Shown: positions 21,101-27,547, counted from the stretch's first letter. The stretch: DNA of 64,000 nt from Hydrurus foetidus (GCA_900617105.1 UYFQ01000001.1:2666001-2730000), one strand, 5' to 3'. Numbers and translations are program-made. Notes: a model not told the origin generated them from the sequence alone.

Positions 21101-21724
21101 AACAGCCGAAACAGTGGTGCTGTTCGAACCAACAGACGTTGTGAGCGAACCAGATGGAATTGTGTTCGTAAGTGACCCAGATGCCGAACTAGTAACCACC
21201 ACGCTGAAAGAGCACGACGAACTAGGTGGAATTAGCGTGCCTTGAGCAAGGGTCACCGTACCCAAACCAATAGTTGCGCTAGCAGTCCCAGGGTTACAGG
21301 TGGTCAAGGCTATGGAGCTAAAGTTCACCAAACCAGCCGGATAGACATCAACCAGCGGCGCAGACAACGTCGCAGACACTAGCGCGTGTGTGTTGGTGAC
21401 GGAGATGGTCAACAACGCTGTTCCACCTGCGGCAATACTGCTGACAGAAAAACTTTTTAAAACTAGCGGCCTAGAAGGCGTAACGGAATCAACGTCGTTG
21501 GCCGAACACACTCCTGCAGCACAAGACACAGCGTCAGGATTGGTGTTGCTCACACTCGCAGGAGGCGAAATAACCGCAGTGTTGGTAACTTGGGTTTGCC
21601 CATGTGCCGACGAGAATGCAAAAACCAGCACGCAGAGCGTTGCCGCGTGCGCCAAAGAAAACTGGGCACTACGAACTAATCGTGACAAAAACATGTAAAA
21701 GCTTGACGCTTTAAGTAAGGACAA
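6188..21724 (-). CDS. Giant (5178 aa) DUF11/Ig-repeat surface protein, putative adhesin, with C-terminal SdrD-B-like and DUF11 domains
   Basis: Single open frame; AAGG RBS before TTG; Sec signal ending AHG-Q; 40 x 106-aa repeats with NNGPSPA and DSNPANN DUF11 motifs; C-terminal LSGQVFLEVNRD, DPSGVVYDS, SKTGNKAVAEIGD and IIGKVYVDCDGN modules. Confidence 0.85.
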   Translation of the reverse strand: MSLLKASSFYMFLSRLVRSAQFSLAHAATLCVLVFAFSSAHGQTQVTNTAVISPPASVSNTNPDAVSCAAGVCSANDVDSVTPSRPLVLKSFSVSSIAAGGTALLTISVTNTHALVSATLSAPLVDVYPAGLVNFSSIALTTCNPGTASATIGLGTVTLAQGTLIPPSSSCSFSVVVTSSASGSLTNTIPSGSLTTSVGSNSTTVSAVLGVTALSDVAIAITSTPGGTPGQAITATVVITNNGPSPATAVNATVTLPNGTIQLIPVGSLASGATVTTTIVYSVPAGSLTVQTFNAVVTTTTADSNPANNTATAATPLTALSDVAIAITSTPGGTPGQAITATVVITNNGPSPATAVNATVTLPNGTIQLIPVGSLASGATVTTTIVYSVPAGSLTVQTFNAVVTTTTADSNPANNTATAATPLTALSDVAIAITSTPGGTPGQAITATVVITNNGPSPATAVNATVTLPNGTIQLIPVGSLASGATVTTTIVYSVPAGSLTVQTFNAVVTTTTADSNPANNTATAATPLTALSDVAIAITSTPGGTPGQAITATVVITNNGPSPATAVNATVTLPNGTIQLIPVGSLASGATVTTTIVYSVPAGSLTVQTFNAVVTTTTADSNPANNTATAATPLTALSDVAIAITSTPGGTPGQAITATVVITNNGPSPATAVNATVTLPNGTIQLIPVGSLASGATVTTTIVYSVPAGSLTVQTFNAVVTTTTADSNPANNTATAATPLTALSDVAIAITSTPGGTPGQAITATVVITNNGPSPATAVNATVTLPNGTIQLIPVGSLASGATVTTTIVYSVPAGSLTVQTFNAVVTTTTADSNPANNTATAATPLTALSDVAIAITSTPGGTPGQAITATVVITNNGPSPATAVNATVTLPNGTIQLIPVGSLASGATVTTTIVYSVPAGSLTVQTFNAVVTTTTADSNPANNTATAATPLTALSDVAIAITSTPGGTPGQAITATVVITNNGPSPATAVNATVTLPNGTIQLIPVGSLASGATVTTTIVYSVPAGSLTVQTFNAVVTTTTADSNPANNTATAATPLTALSDVAIAITSTPGGTPGQAITATVVITNNGPSPATAVNATVTLPNGTIQLIPVGSLASGATVTTTIVYSVPAGSLTVQTFNAVVTTTTADSNPANNTATAATPLTALSDVAIAITSTPGGTPGQAITATVVITNNGPSPATAVNATVTLPNGTIQLIPVGSLASGATVTTTIVYSVPAGSLTVQTFNAVVTTTTADSNPANNTATAATPLTALSDVAIAITSTPGGTPGQAITATVVITNNGPSPATAVNATVTLPNGTIQLIPVGSLASGATVTTTIVYSVPAGSLTVQTFNAVVTTTTADSNPANNTATAATPLTALSDVAIAITSTPGGTPGQAITATVVITNNGPSPATAVNATVTLPNGTIQLIPVGSLASGATVTTTIVYSVPAGSLTVQTFNAVVTTTTADSNPANNTATAATPLTALSDVAIAITSTPGGTPGQAITATVVITNNGPSPATAVNATVTLPNGTIQLIPVGSLASGATVTTTIVYSVPAGSLTVQTFNAVVTTTTADSNPANNTATAATPLTALSDVAIAITSTPGGTPGQAITATVVITNNGPSPATAVNATVTLPNGTIQLIPVGSLASGATVTTTIVYSVPAGSLTVQTFNAVVTTTTADSNPANNTATAATPLTALSDVAIAITSTPGGTPGQAITATVVITNNGPSPATAVNATVTLPNGTIQLIPVGSLASGATVTTTIVYSVPAGSLTVQTFNAVVTTTTADSNPANNTATAATPLTALSDVAIAITSTPGGTPGQAITATVVITNNGPSPATAVNATVTLPNGTIQLIPVGSLASGATVTTTIVYSVPAGSLTVQTFNAVVTTTTADSNPANNTATAATPLTALSDVAIAITSTPGGTPGQAITATVVITNNGPSPATAVNATVTLPNGTIQLIPVGSLASGATVTTTIVYSVPAGSLTVQTFNAVVTTTTADSNPANNTATAATPLTALSDVAIAITSTPGGTPGQAITATVVITNNGPSPATAVNATVTLPNGTIQLIPVGSLASGATVTTTIVYSVPAGSLTVQTFNAVVTTTTADSNPANNTATAATPLTALSDVAIAITSTPGGTPGQAITATVVITNNGPSPATAVNATVTLPNGTIQLIPVGSLASGATVTTTIVYSVPAGSLTVQTFNAVVTTTTADSNPANNTATAATPLTALSDVAIAITSTPGGTPGQAITATVVITNNGPSPATAVNATVTLPNGTIQLIPVGSLASGATVTTTIVYSVPAGSLTVQTFNAVVTTTTADSNPANNTATAATPLTALSDVAIAITSTPGGTPGQAITATVVITNNGPSPATAVNATVTLPNGTIQLIPVGSLASGATVTTTIVYSVPAGSLTVQTFNAVVTTTTADSNPANNTATAATPLTALSDVAIAITSTPGGTPGQAITATVVITNNGPSPATAVNATVTLPNGTIQLIPVGSLASGATVTTTIVYSVPAGSLTVQTFNAVVTTTTADSNPANNTATAATPLTALSDVAIAITSTPGGTPGQAITATVVITNNGPSPATAVNATVTLPNGTIQLIPVGSLASGATVTTTIVYSVPAGSLTVQTFNAVVTTTTADSNPANNTATAATPLTALSDVAIAITSTPGGTPGQAITATVVITNNGPSPATAVNATVTLPNGTIQLIPVGSLASGATVTTTIVYSVPAGSLTVQTFNAVVTTTTADSNPANNTATAATPLTALSDVAIAITSTPGGTPGQAITATVVITNNGPSPATAVNATVTLPNGTIQLIPVGSLASGATVTTTIVYSVPAGSLTVQTFNAVVTTTTADSNPANNTATAATPLTALSDVAIAITSTPGGTPGQAITATVVITNNGPSPATAVNATVTLPNGTIQLIPVGSLASGATVTTTIVYSVPAGSLTVQTFNAVVTTTTADSNPANNTATAATPLTALSDVAIAITSTPGGTPGQAITATVVITNNGPSPATAVNATVTLPNGTIQLIPVGSLASGATVTTTIVYSVPAGSLTVQTFNAVVTTTTADSNPANNTATAATPLTALSDVAIAITSTPGGTPGQAITATVVITNNGPSPATAVNATVTLPNGTIQLIPVGSLASGATVTTTIVYSVPAGSLTVQTFNAVVTTTTADSNPANNTATAATPLTALSDVAIAITSTPGGTPGQAITATVVITNNGPSPATAVNATVTLPNGTIQLIPVGSLASGATVTTTIVYSVPAGSLTVQTFNAVVTTTTADSNPANNTATAATPLTALSDVAIAITSTPGGTPGQAITATVVITNNGPSPATAVNATVTLPNGTIQLIPVGSLASGATVTTTIVYSVPAGSLTVQTFNAVVTTTTADSNPANNTATAATPLTALSDVAIAITSTPGGTPGQAITATVVITNNGPSPATAVNATVTLPNGTIQLIPVGSLASGATVTTTIVYSVPAGSLTVQTFNAVVTTTTADSNPANNTATAATPLTALSDVAIAITSTPGGTPGQAITATVVITNNGPSPATAVNATVTLPNGTIQLIPVGSLASGATVTTTIVYSVPAGSLTVQTFNAVVTTTTADSNPANNTATAATPLTALSDVAIAITSTPGGTPGQAITATVVITNNGPSPATAVNATVTLPNGTIQLIPVGSLASGATVTTTIVYSVPAGSLTVQTFNAVVTTTTADSNPANNTATAATPLTALSDVAIAITSTPGGTPGQAITATVVITNNGPSPATAVNATVTLPNGTIQLIPVGSLASGATVTTTIVYSVPAGSLTVQTFNAVVTTTTADSNPANNTATAATPLTALSDVAIAITSTPGGTPGQAITATVVITNNGPSPATAVNATVTLPNGTIQLIPVGSLASGATVTTTIVYSVPAGSLTVQTFNAVVTTTTADSNPANNTATAATPLTALSDVAIAITSTPGGTPGQAITATVVITNNGPSPATAVNATVTLPNGTIQLIPVGSLASGATVTTTIVYSVPAGSLTVQTFNAVVTTTTADSNPANNTATAATPLTALSDVAIAITSTPGGTPGQAITATVVITNNGPSPATAVNATVTLPNGTIQLIPVGSLASGATVTTTIVYSVPAGSLTVQTFNAVVTTTTADSNPANNTATAATPLTALSDVAIAITSTPGGTPGQAITATVVITNNGPSPATAVNATVTLPNGTIQLIPVGSLASGATVTTTIVYSVPAGSLTVQTFNAVVTTTTADSNPANNTATAATPLTALSDVAIAITSTPGGTPGQAITATVVITNNGPSPATAVNATVTLPNGTIQLIPVGSLASGATVTTTIVYSVPAGSLTVQTFNAVVTTTTADSNPANNTATAATPLTALSDVAIAITSTPGGTPGQAITATVVITNNGPSPATAVNATVTLPNGTIQLIPVGSLASGATVTTTIVYSVPAGSLTVQTFNAVVTTTTADSNPANNTATAATPLTALSDVATVVTVPSTVSASVVVAGTVSFANFGPSPALGMSGTLTLPIGVQVLSLPAGASTATVAGLPVIVFPSTLSGLGTVNPSVTTSFTFTFRTPGITGTYVVTSTVVTTTAESTTTNNISVAPLSLLVVVNNARLSGQVFLEVNRDKIFNPGVDLPLANFRAEVVRTTGTSTVVIGSAFTGPDGRYTITGLPPGPGYSVRFFDGSGNAIFGTPFNQKAVTEIFGNPSTGTNSLTVAIVPGPTTPVDTSINNVTLYAGDNVWEQNLPLDPSGVVYDSITRKPIEGATVRLVGPPGFSPANILSGSDVRITGPSGIYQFFFQTSGPNAVSPAMGGDFTLVVTPPTTHLPPQAVQGGVAPDQGLYTAVAGTTKVQPDSQAGGPPVGVNGATPIVGLVGGAGTQYFLRLNFSFVGFQEVIHNNIPLDPILVSGALLVSKTGNKAVAEIGDSVQYTVRIHNTTVGPITNIKLNDLLPAGFRYILGTARLAGVAAPNPSGGVGRDLVFDIGTIAPQATAELTYFVRVGVGAQQGDGINRATVVAPVRSNTGSFKVTVQGGVFSNEGCIIGKVYVDCDGNAVQNNVGGSRELGIPGVRLVMLDGTFVVTDSEGKYSICGVKSQTHVVKVDRTTLPVGSRLVPSSNRNAGVADSLFVDLKGGELARADFIEGSCSSEVLDQVKARRAQGGINVTESERATPLSIGNGTGEVLQPILPATRQQNAVPISTPGVR
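8352..21093. repeat. Intragenic tandem array of 40 x 318 bp plus 22 bp; units appear identical
   Basis: Unit start gccacgtcgctaagggcggtca recurs from 8352 to 21072 (12720 = 40 x 318); identical antisense ORFs every 318 bp. Confidence 0.97.
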
Positions 21725-22289
21725 CTATTACCTTAAGTGAGACGCACCCGAGCGGTGGCGAAAGCCACATCCAACCCTGTATTTTATGAAAGTAAATGCT
21801 TTTCGGTGACAAATCGTTGATCCCGGCCAACTTAAACCCGAAGATAGCGCAAAAAATCACAAACCCCACATTTTGAGGTATCTTAATCGAGTAGTTTGAT
21901 AAAAAAGCATCGCAATCGTATGATTTATAACAATATTTTTATAATCAACCTCGAGCGAAAGTTGAAAACTGCTACGACTACGTATTAAAAAACAAGGCTG
22001 AATCAGCGTGTTACTTCACCAGCACACTGAAGAGCATCAAATTTTGGAATCGCGCAAAGGTACTATTGCCGTTCGCATTAAACCAACAATGAACGTAGGC
22101 TAATTTCAAAAAACTCTGGGTACGGCTGGCGCTGGGTGGATTTGCTACTCAGCAGACAACACACATGCGCAGGGCGTGGTTTGTCCGCTCGCAAGAACAT
22201 TCACTGACTTTGAAAACAACGGGCGGGGATGGAGGCTACGAGTTAAACAGAGCGGCCTCTGTTTTGAAGAATATCAAAACAAGTTAGTA

Positions 22290-22365
22290 TGGTGGCCTGG
22301 GGCGGAATCGAACCACCGACACAAGGATTTTCAATCCTCTGCTCTACCGACTGAGCTACCGGGCC
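22290..22365 (-). tRNA. tRNA-Phe (GAA)
   Basis: GGCCCGGTAGCTCAGTCGGTAGAGCAGAGGATTGAAAATCCTTGTGTCGGTGGTTCGATTCCGCCCCAGGCCACCA. Confidence 0.97.
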
Positions 22366-22390
22366 AAGTGTCGCAGTATATAACAAAACA

Positions 22391-23071
22391 TCAAGCGGAT
22401 CCGCCGCGCTTGCTGCGTGTCAAGTCAACACCCAACTGCTTGAGCTTGCGATAAAGGTGCGTTCGTTCCAGTCCGGTTTTTTCAGCCACTCGGGTCATTG
22501 ATCCCCCCTCTTTGGCCAAATGAAATTCAAAATATGCTTTTTCGAACTCGTCCCGCGCATCACGAAGCGGTTTTTCGAGCATGAAGCTTTGTTTGGCTTG
22601 TGGCCCAATTTCAACAGCAATGGGCAGGCTGCTGCCGGTCATTGCTGCCTCAACTGTGAGTTCTGTAGCAACAGCGGCATAGGTCACGGTTACTGGCTTT
22701 TTACCAACGGCTTTGGTCAGCCCCAACTCAACTGCTTTGAGCAGCTTTTGCAAAGTAATCGGTTTTTCGAGAAAAGCAATCGCGCCGATCTTCGTGGCTT
22801 CAACGGCAGTGTCAATGGTGGCGTGGCCGCTCATCATAATGACTGGCATGCTCAGTAACCCTGCGGCCGACCACTCTTTAAGCAAAGTAACGCCGTCGGT
22901 GTCCGGCATCCAGATATCGAGCAGCACCAAATCGGGCTTGCTTCGATTTCGCGCGGCTCTGGCCTCGGCCGCATTCTCTGCGAGCTCTATCTGATGGCCC
23001 TCGTCATTGAGAATTTCCGACAGCAGGTCGCGTATTCCCAGCTCGTCATCGACCACCAGAATATTTGCCAT
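22391..23071 (-). CDS. ntrX: NtrX-type response regulator (REC + Fis HTH, no AAA+ domain)
   Basis: ILVVDDE, LLDIWMPD and FLEKP; C-terminal TGLERTHLYRKLKQLG; rsmB-DUF4390-ntrY context. Confidence 0.85.
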   Translation of the reverse strand: MANILVVDDELGIRDLLSEILNDEGHQIELAENAAEARAARNRSKPDLVLLDIWMPDTDGVTLLKEWSAAGLLSMPVIMMSGHATIDTAVEATKIGAIAFLEKPITLQKLLKAVELGLTKAVGKKPVTVTYAAVATELTVEAAMTGSSLPIAVEIGPQAKQSFMLEKPLRDARDEFEKAYFEFHLAKEGGSMTRVAEKTGLERTHLYRKLKQLGVDLTRSKRGGSA

Positions 23072-23111
23072 GATTTTAGTTTATGCCCTACCAGTTACTA
23101 CTGAAATTTAA

Positions 23112-25439
23112 CTACCCTGCCAGTGCGAATGATAACGACACTTGAGCGCCCAGCACGTCACCGTTAAGCATGCGGTTAGAAATATCTATACGAGCCCCAT
23201 GCTCGTCCGCGATTTTCTTAACCACTGCCAAGCCCAACCCAGTGCCCTTTACCTTGGTTGTCACGTAGGGCTCGAACGCCCGCTTGAGGATGTGGTCAGC
23301 AAACCCGCTGCCGTTGTCTTTCACAATTAACCGAACGCGCTTGACCGACTCTGCGAACTCAGTCGTGATGCTGACTTGCCCGCACGGCGCACCGGACTGC
23401 AGGTTGTTCGCATCTTGGGCGTCTTGCGCGTTTTGGAGCAGGTTATGAATCACTTGGCGCAACTGCAGCGGGTCGCCCGTAATGAAAGGCGCTTTGGGGT
23501 CAAGCACCACTTGCACGGCAGACGACCCCTCTGGCTCGTTTGCATACAGTTGCATGACATCGCTGACCAATGCATTTAAATCCACAGGAATGAGCTGTGC
23601 AGCCGGCAAGCGCGCATAGTCTCTAAATTCGTTAACCAGCCGCTTCATGGCATCGACTTGATCAACGATGGTTTTGACCGACTTGGTCAGCAGCTTTTGC
23701 TCAACCTCATTTAACTTACCCGTCAGCTTCATTTCAAGGCGCTCAGCAGATAGCTGAATTGGTGTGAGCGGATTTTTTATCTCATGCGCCAGCCGCCGGG
23801 CCACTTCACCCCAAGCTTGCGCTCGCTGGGCGGACACCATTTCCGAAACATCATCGAACACCAGCAAAAACTCTTCTGTGCCAGGCATTTTTGCCCCTCT
23901 GGCTATTAGCGTGGTCGCATTGTCAAGCGCGCCGGGCTCTGCGGCATTTAGCTCGAACGACTGCTGCCACTGCTCGCCATGCGCGCTGTGGTCGTCGCTC
24001 AAAAAGTCATCGAACTGAGTTTTGACTTCGGCAGCAAACATCTGCAGGCCAGGCACTTCGGCCAACAGTTTGCCTTGGTAGGCTGCCAGCGGTACACGCA
24101 AGATCCGTGTGGCGCCAGGGTTGCTCGATTGAATGCGGCCCATCACATCCAGCACCACAACGCCTGCTGTTAAATTATCAAGAATCGTTTGCAAGTTGGC
24201 GCGTGCTGCATCTACCTGGCTCATGCTCAACTGCACCGCATTGCGAGCATCGCCAAGCTGCTGCGTCATGTCAGCAAACGAGCGGGTCAGCCCGCCCAAT
24301 TCGTCTTTGCCCAGCAGTGCAGCTTTGGGTGTTAAGTCGCCCAGCGCCACCTGCCGCACACCGTCGGCCAACAGCAGCAAGGGCTTGGCCAATTGGTTGC
24401 CCAACACTACGGCCAGCAGCACCGCGCCGAACACCGCCAAAAACAAGCTTAAAGTCAATGTGCCAATGTACATTTTGCGCAAGCCGCCGCGTGCCAAGGC
24501 TCGTTCCTGGTATTCGCGATAGGCCTCTTGCACGGCGATTGCATTGGCCGCCAGCGCGGGCGGAATGGCCTGAGTCACCTGCAAAAATCTGACCTCCCCA
24601 GCAAAGCCCACCCCCGCCGAGCTGACCAACGCAATTGCCTTGATGCGGGCCGCTGGCGGCGCGGGCGGTGCGGCAGAGCCCGCGCCAGGCAAGGCGGCGG
24701 GGGCTGCCTCGCTGGCAATGGGCAGCAGCTCATCAAGGCCTTCAATTTGGGTCACCACGCGCTGCGCCCTGGCGGCGCGAAACTGCTGGGCAGCCGGGCG
24801 CTCAGGGCTGATAGAAAAGCGAGAGTCGCCTGCGCTGGCAATGACTTGCCCAGATGCGGTCCACAGCACTACATCGGAGGCAAAAAGTTGATCACGCAAG
24901 CGCTCAAGCGACAAGCCGGCCGTTGCCTCGGGGGTTTCAGAAATTTGACTGGCCGCTTGCCGGGTTCGGCTGGCCAGCTCAAGTGACAAGCCATCAAGCG
25001 CTGCGCGCCCGAGGTTAAGACCTGAGTCCAGCGCGCCCTCTACTTTGACATCAAACCAGCTTTCAATTGAGCGCGACACAAACTGATAAGACACCACATA
25101 AATCATCAACCCTGGCATTAAGCCCACCAGCGCAAAAATAGCGGCCAGTTTGACCAGCAAGCGGCTGCCAAAACGCCCCTTGCGCAAGCGCAGCACCAGC
25201 CGCAGCACGATCCAGCCAATGACCAGCACTAAAAGCGCTGCCACCACCACGTTGAGCACGAGCAGCCGCGCGTAATTGCGCTCGTACAGTTCACGATTGC
25301 CAGTTGCTTGCGTCAGCAAAAACAGCAGAACCAAGGCCAGCGCGGCCATCGCCCCCGTACCTACGCCAACTGTCCAGCGAAAAGCAGCGCTGCTTTTGAC
25401 AGAACTAGCGGCTGGCGCAGTCACTTGGAAGCTGCCCAC
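23112..25439 (-). CDS. ntrY: NtrY-type HAMP/PAS sensor histidine kinase
   Basis: TM helices, H-box ARRLAHEIKNPLTPIQLSAERL, N-box NLLQNA, G-box GTGLGL. Confidence 0.87.
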   Translation of the reverse strand: MGSFQVTAPAASSVKSSAAFRWTVGVGTGAMAALALVLLFLLTQATGNRELYERNYARLLVLNVVVAALLVLVIGWIVLRLVLRLRKGRFGSRLLVKLAAIFALVGLMPGLMIYVVSYQFVSRSIESWFDVKVEGALDSGLNLGRAALDGLSLELASRTRQAASQISETPEATAGLSLERLRDQLFASDVVLWTASGQVIASAGDSRFSISPERPAAQQFRAARAQRVVTQIEGLDELLPIASEAAPAALPGAGSAAPPAPPAARIKAIALVSSAGVGFAGEVRFLQVTQAIPPALAANAIAVQEAYREYQERALARGGLRKMYIGTLTLSLFLAVFGAVLLAVVLGNQLAKPLLLLADGVRQVALGDLTPKAALLGKDELGGLTRSFADMTQQLGDARNAVQLSMSQVDAARANLQTILDNLTAGVVVLDVMGRIQSSNPGATRILRVPLAAYQGKLLAEVPGLQMFAAEVKTQFDDFLSDDHSAHGEQWQQSFELNAAEPGALDNATTLIARGAKMPGTEEFLLVFDDVSEMVSAQRAQAWGEVARRLAHEIKNPLTPIQLSAERLEMKLTGKLNEVEQKLLTKSVKTIVDQVDAMKRLVNEFRDYARLPAAQLIPVDLNALVSDVMQLYANEPEGSSAVQVVLDPKAPFITGDPLQLRQVIHNLLQNAQDAQDANNLQSGAPCGQVSITTEFAESVKRVRLIVKDNGSGFADHILKRAFEPYVTTKVKGTGLGLAVVKKIADEHGARIDISNRMLNGDVLGAQVSLSFALAG

Positions 25440-25452
25440 AAATGCACACGCA

Positions 25453-26148
25453 TCATGGTGCTATCGCCTTGGGCTTATCAGGCAGTGCGAGTGGCGGACG
25501 CAAAGAGCCAGGCTGCAGAGGTTCGGCGTGCCTGAGGGTAATGGCCCACTCCTTTTGGCCGGCCACCCCAATTTGGAATGGCCGTGGCAATTGAGCCAAG
25601 TCCAAGTTGAATTTGAACTCAAATTGGTAAGTTGCCTCAGGGTCGATGTCAGAATTTTCGGCAATTTTCCAACGTAAAAAGCGTTGCACTGACGCCAATG
25701 CGTCGGCCAGCGAGTCGTAGTTTTGACTCAGCGATGACCGCAAGCCAATGCCGCTGTTGGCGCTACCGGCGGGTCCGTTGTACACGTTGATGCGCCAGCG
25801 GCGTGTGAGTGGCTGAAACGCCAGGCGGATGGTGCGGGTAGCGCTACTTACCCGGCGATCTGTCCAATACCATCGACTTTGGTAAAAGTCGGCTTCAGCA
25901 ACGAAAAACAGCGCAATGCCCTTCATCAGGGCGTCTTCTACAACCTGTGGAACATCAAACTTAACCGAAGCAGACAGGTAAATGCCGTCGTCGGCGCGTT
26001 CAACTTTGAGCTGATTGAGCTCAGCTGCTGACCCGGCCCAAGAAGCACAAACGAGCAATGCACCAACAAAAACCGCCCGGACGCGTTGTGCCCACTGCTC
26101 AGGCAGGTTGTTTTTTAAACCGCGCGTAATAAAAACCGTCGTGCTCAC
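25453..26148 (-). CDS. DUF4390 family periplasmic protein
   Basis: RWYWTD, FQPLTRRWR and LPRPFQIG motifs; lies between rsmB and ntrY. Confidence 0.8.
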   Translation of the reverse strand: MSTTVFITRGLKNNLPEQWAQRVRAVFVGALLVCASWAGSAAELNQLKVERADDGIYLSASVKFDVPQVVEDALMKGIALFFVAEADFYQSRWYWTDRRVSSATRTIRLAFQPLTRRWRINVYNGPAGSANSGIGLRSSLSQNYDSLADALASVQRFLRWKIAENSDIDPEATYQFEFKFNLDLAQLPRPFQIGVAGQKEWAITLRHAEPLQPGSLRPPLALPDKPKAIAP

Positions 26149-27451
26149 AGAGTAAATTGTCCGGGAAGTCCGCCCCCAGCGGGCTGCTTTTGGGCAGTAA
26201 ATGCCCAGCGGAGGGCATTAAAACAGCGTCGTTGTGGTTTGCAAGAAACGTTTGCGCCTGAGAAGCGCCTTCAGCCTTGAAAATTGAGCAGGTGCAGTAC
26301 ACCAGTTGACCGCCCGGCTTGAGCAAAGGCCAGAGCGTTTTAAGAAGCAGCGCTTGCACGCTTGCCAATTGAGCAATATCGCTCGGGCGGCGCAGCCAGC
26401 GTACGTCTGGGTGGCGGCGCACGATGCCTGACGCCGTGCAGGGCGCATCCAACAAAATCCCGTCGAACAGCCGGCCGTCCCACCAATCGGCGGGCTTGGC
26501 TGCATCACCGACCAGCACATTAGCCGCCAGCCCCAGCCGAGCCAGGTTAAGAGTGATGGTTTTGCAGCGCTGGGCATCAATGTCGAGCGCCGTGACTTCA
26601 CCGGCGCTGCCCAGTAGCTCAAGCAAGTGCGCGGTTTTACCCCCAGGCGCGGCGCAGGCGTCCAGCAGGTTTAGCGGAGTCCCATCAGTCGGCTTTAAGT
26701 CGGTGAGCAACAGGGGCGCGGCAAGTTGCGCAGCGGCGTCTTGTACCGAAAAAAGCCCTTGCCCGTAGCCAGGTAACGACGGCACTGATTGCGCATGCGC
26801 CAACATGACGCCGTAGTCACCCACCTGATACGCTATTATATTTATAGCTGCTAACACCTGAATATATTGGGCTACAGTGGTTTTCAATATGTTAATACGC
26901 AGTACTAGCGGTGCTTTGGCGTTGCTGGCACGCAGTATGGCCTGCCACTGCGCAGGGTGGTCTTTACGCAACTGGTCCACCCACCATTGGGGGTGGTTCC
27001 ATACCGCCTGCGGGTTGGCGTCGGTGCGCGCCACCAAGGAATCGCGCTCGCGTAAAAACCGGCGCAGGCACCCGTTGATAAAGCTGGCTTGGTGTGCCGT
27101 AGCCGGGCTGCGTTTGGCTGCCTCCACAGCTTGATCAACCAAAGTGTGAGGTGCGTAAGGCGCATCTTCCTCGCGCCAGATCAAGGCCAACACGACGCAC
27201 AAAAGCGCGTCTGCTTCGGGCGGGGGCGGCTTTTTGGCGAGTTGTTGGCGCAAAGCCCCTGCTCGCCCCAGCCAGCGCAGGGCATGAAAGCTCAGGGCTT
27301 GTGCACCGGGGCGAAGCGTGGCGTCTACGCTCAGCAATGCCTTGGTGAGTGACTGGCCAGCCTGCACTGCCATCAGCAAGCCAGCGGCGGCTTGTAGCTG
27401 TTGCCACAATGGAACTTGGCCCACGGGCCCCTTAATAGTCAAATCAGGCAC
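26099..27451 (-). CDS. rsmB: 16S rRNA m5C967 methyltransferase
   Basis: NusB-like N-terminus, SVQDAAAQ, LDACAAPGGKT, LLDAPCTASG, YCTCS, HDGFYYA. Confidence 0.93.
   Translation of the reverse strand: MPDLTIKGPVGQVPLWQQLQAAAGLLMAVQAGQSLTKALLSVDATLRPGAQALSFHALRWLGRAGALRQQLAKKPPPPEADALLCVVLALIWREEDAPYAPHTLVDQAVEAAKRSPATAHQASFINGCLRRFLRERDSLVARTDANPQAVWNHPQWWVDQLRKDHPAQWQAILRASNAKAPLVLRINILKTTVAQYIQVLAAINIIAYQVGDYGVMLAHAQSVPSLPGYGQGLFSVQDAAAQLAAPLLLTDLKPTDGTPLNLLDACAAPGGKTAHLLELLGSAGEVTALDIDAQRCKTITLNLARLGLAANVLVGDAAKPADWWDGRLFDGILLDAPCTASGIVRRHPDVRWLRRPSDIAQLASVQALLLKTLWPLLKPGGQLVYCTCSIFKAEGASQAQTFLANHNDAVLMPSAGHLLPKSSPLGADFPDNLLCEHDGFYYARFKKQPA
26831..26895 (+). repeat. Dispersed ~65-bp element, copy 2 (inside rsmB)
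   Basis: cgctattatatttatagctgctaacacctgaatatattgggctacagtggttttcaatatgttaa; AT-rich patch in a GC-rich gene. Confidence 0.75.
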
Positions 27452-27482
27452 GTTGGGCCTCGGAGGCCTGAAAAAGCGTTAT

Positions 27483-27547
27483 TTTTAGTATCAAAAAAGT
27501 CTTTTATGGAATAAATACGGGCGCGAGCAGCTATTAATAAAATAGCA
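27483..27547 (-). repeat. Dispersed ~65-bp element, copy 3 (upstream of rsmB)
   Basis: Reverse complement tgctattttattaatagctgctcgcgcccgtatttattccataaaagacttttttgatactaaaa. Confidence 0.88.

Noticed and set aside
8256..21245. Forty 104-aa plus-strand ORFs
   Set aside because: Antisense shadows of the adhesin repeat; no RBS, and they follow from the high GC3 of the real frame
21725..21900. c-di-GMP riboswitch upstream of the adhesin
   Set aside because: Only a small gtggc/gccac hairpin; GEMM consensus elements were not found on the coding strand
1543..22365. Active integrative element at tRNA-Phe
   Set aside because: No integrase and no direct repeat of the tRNA 3' end at the far boundary
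22391..23071. Truncated (pseudogene) NtrX lacking the AAA+ domain
   Set aside because: The REC-Fis architecture is the normal betaproteobacterial NtrX form
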